Shown here: positions 5,655 to 6,943 of the stretch, one piece after another | Numbering within the stretch: the stretch's first letter is position 1 | How the letters are laid out: every line of letters starts with the position of its first letter | Assembly: GCA_965662235.1 (NCBI GenBank) | Contig: CBFIGY010000059.1 | Coordinates: 1-6,943 of the forward strand | Direction of reading: 5' to 3' | Length of the DNA stretch: 6,943 nt | Origin: an uncultured bacterium | GTDB taxonomy: Bacteria; SAR324; NAC60-12 | Translations under genes and position numbers: made by a program | Notes under the pieces: generated by a model | What the model was told of the DNA's origin: nothing | Database searches by the model: none | The model's input: the letters and a program-made list of their open reading frames with translations, nothing else

Positions 5655-6943
5655 TCACTCCAGCGTGAGGGAGAGGGTCAGCTCCACCTGCCGGAGGGCG
5701 CGGTAGAGGCTGACGCTGTCGTCTTGAGGAAGCGCCGTGTCAACATCGCTGAACAGCTGGGAGGCAAGGTCACTGGAGGAGACGGTGAGGCTGGTGTTGT
5801 CGGTGCTGGCGTTGTCAAACGACCAGGTCAGGGTTCCGGTGGCTGAGCCACCCCGGATCACCCCATCCATCAAGTAGTCGGCTGGTGCACTGGCAGCGTA
5901 GGCAAGGAGCAGGCGCTGGTAGCTGAGGTTGACATCGTGTGACACCTGATGGGTGAAGGTCTCCGTCTGGTTGTCGAGGGTGACCTGGGTAACCACTTCC
6001 ACAGTGGAGGCGGTGGCGGTGGGGTCGATCACAATCCCACTGAAGTAGTCACCGGTCAGGGCGCCCAAGGAGCCGGAGATCGCCTGAGGCAGCTTCTGGG
6101 CATTGGGAGAGGCGTCAATCATTGACACCATGGTTGCCGGGATCACCGGCTTCTTCAGCTGTCCTCCGGACTGGGTGAAGGCGTGCGCAAAGGCCAGCCA
6201 GAGGCCTCCTGATGAGTAGCTCAGGGTGCCATAGGCGCCCAGTCGCCCCAGGTCACCTGACAGGTCGAGCACCGCCACCGTGTTGCCCGGTTGCAGCAGC
6301 GGCTGCAGCACCGCGTTGGGGTTCCGTTCAGAAGACGGGCGCCGTGGGGGAAGGAGGGCGGCGAGGGTCCGGTAGGGCAAGGCGCGTTCCTGAGCGGCAA
6401 GCGTGCTCAGCGTCTCCCGCAGCGTCATGGAAGACCCGGCCATGCCCAGTGGCTGGAAGCCTGCTCCTGCAGCCGAGGTCCTCTCCTGACGGAGGCTCTG
6501 GCGGGCGGCCTGAGGCCTCTGGGGCAGGGTCAGCAGGTCTTCAATGGCCCGTGCAGCAAAGAAGTGCTTGTTGTCCGCCCATCCGTAACACAGGGCGGCC
6601 ACCACCCGACCCTCGGCATCCAGCACCGGAGAACCGCTGTCGCCGGCTCCAATGATGAGGTCCTCTGCTGTGGAGAGCAGCACCAGGCGTTCGCCAGAAT
6701 CATAGACGGAGTCAAAGGCGACGGTGTACTCGTCCACCTGCGTCCCCCTTCGGTTCAACCGGAGACGCAGTTCGGTGCCGGGCTCCAGACCGGAGAGGGT
6801 GGAAAATGAAGCATACCCTTCGGAGGGCGCCGCCACGTCTTCCTGAACCAGAGACGATGACGGGCTGCTCAAGCTGGAGGTGCTGTCGTTGGAACAGGCA
6901 GGAAGGAGGAGCAGCAAGAAGGCTCCAAGAGCCTGTAGGATAC
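5655..6943 (-). CDS. Lipoprotein, SpoIVB-like (peptidase S55-type) serine protease domain; 5'-truncated
   Basis: The frame is open to the right edge (..ILQALGAFLLLLLPA-C-SNDSTSS), giving a hydrophobic signal, a lipobox Cys at 6894-6896 and a Ser-rich linker. Motifs IIGAGDSGSPV..GRVVAALCYGW (GDSGSP 6627-6644), LQPGNTVAV..GDL..LGAYGTLSY and LAFAHAF (His 6183-6185) resemble the GMSGSPV / GTVTY / LAFGHPF pattern of SpoIVB-S55 domain proteins. Confidence 0.75.
   Translation of the reverse strand, partial: ILQALGAFLLLLLPACSNDSTSSLSSPSSSLVQEDVAAPSEGYASFSTLSGLEPGTELRLRLNRRGTQVDEYTVAFDSVYDSGERLVLLSTAEDLIIGAGDSGSPVLDAEGRVVAALCYGWADNKHFFAARAIEDLLTLPQRPQAARQSLRQERTSAAGAGFQPLGMAGSSMTLRETLSTLAAQERALPYRTLAALLPPRRPSSERNPNAVLQPLLQPGNTVAVLDLSGDLGRLGAYGTLSYSSGGLWLAFAHAFTQSGGQLKKPVIPATMVSMIDASPNAQKLPQAISGSLGALTGDYFSGIVIDPTATASTVEVVTQVTLDNQTETFTHQVSHDVNLSYQRLLLAYAASAPADYLMDGVIRGGSATGTLTWSFDNASTDNTSLTVSSSDLASQLFSDVDTALPQDDSVSLYRALRQVELTLSLTLE

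Noticed and set aside
4884..5846. ORFs 4884..5432 (minus) and 5550..5846 (plus) crossing the intergenic region
   Set aside because: Low-complexity Pro/Gly/Arg-rich translations that overlap the RT, ncRNA or peptidase. The region is better explained as structured RNA.

Overview
GC-rich bacterial window in which all credible genes lie on the minus strand. In transcription order (right to left): (1) a 5'-truncated lipoprotein with SpoIVB/S55-like serine peptidase motifs (5655..>6943); (2) a ~370-nt, heavily structured non-coding region (5282..5636) whose RT-proximal 192 nt look like a retron msr-msd ncRNA, with a perfect 14-bp a1/a2 inverted repeat, a TTA-G candidate branching G facing another G, short msr hairpins and a long msd hairpin; (3) a very large (~946 aa) retron-type reverse transcriptase with NAxxH, YADD and VTG motifs and an unrecognised ~675-aa N-terminal extension; (4) a translationally coupled ORF broken by a 10-N assembly gap; (5) a coupled 310-aa hypothetical protein; (6) a >419-aa Nudix-fold protein that is missing from the ORF track and runs off the left edge. 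The best candidate for a new system is this retron with a giant fused RT and an operon of uncharacterised/Nudix partner genes. Its novelty is an inference, and linkage of the genes left of 2244 depends on a scaffold gap.
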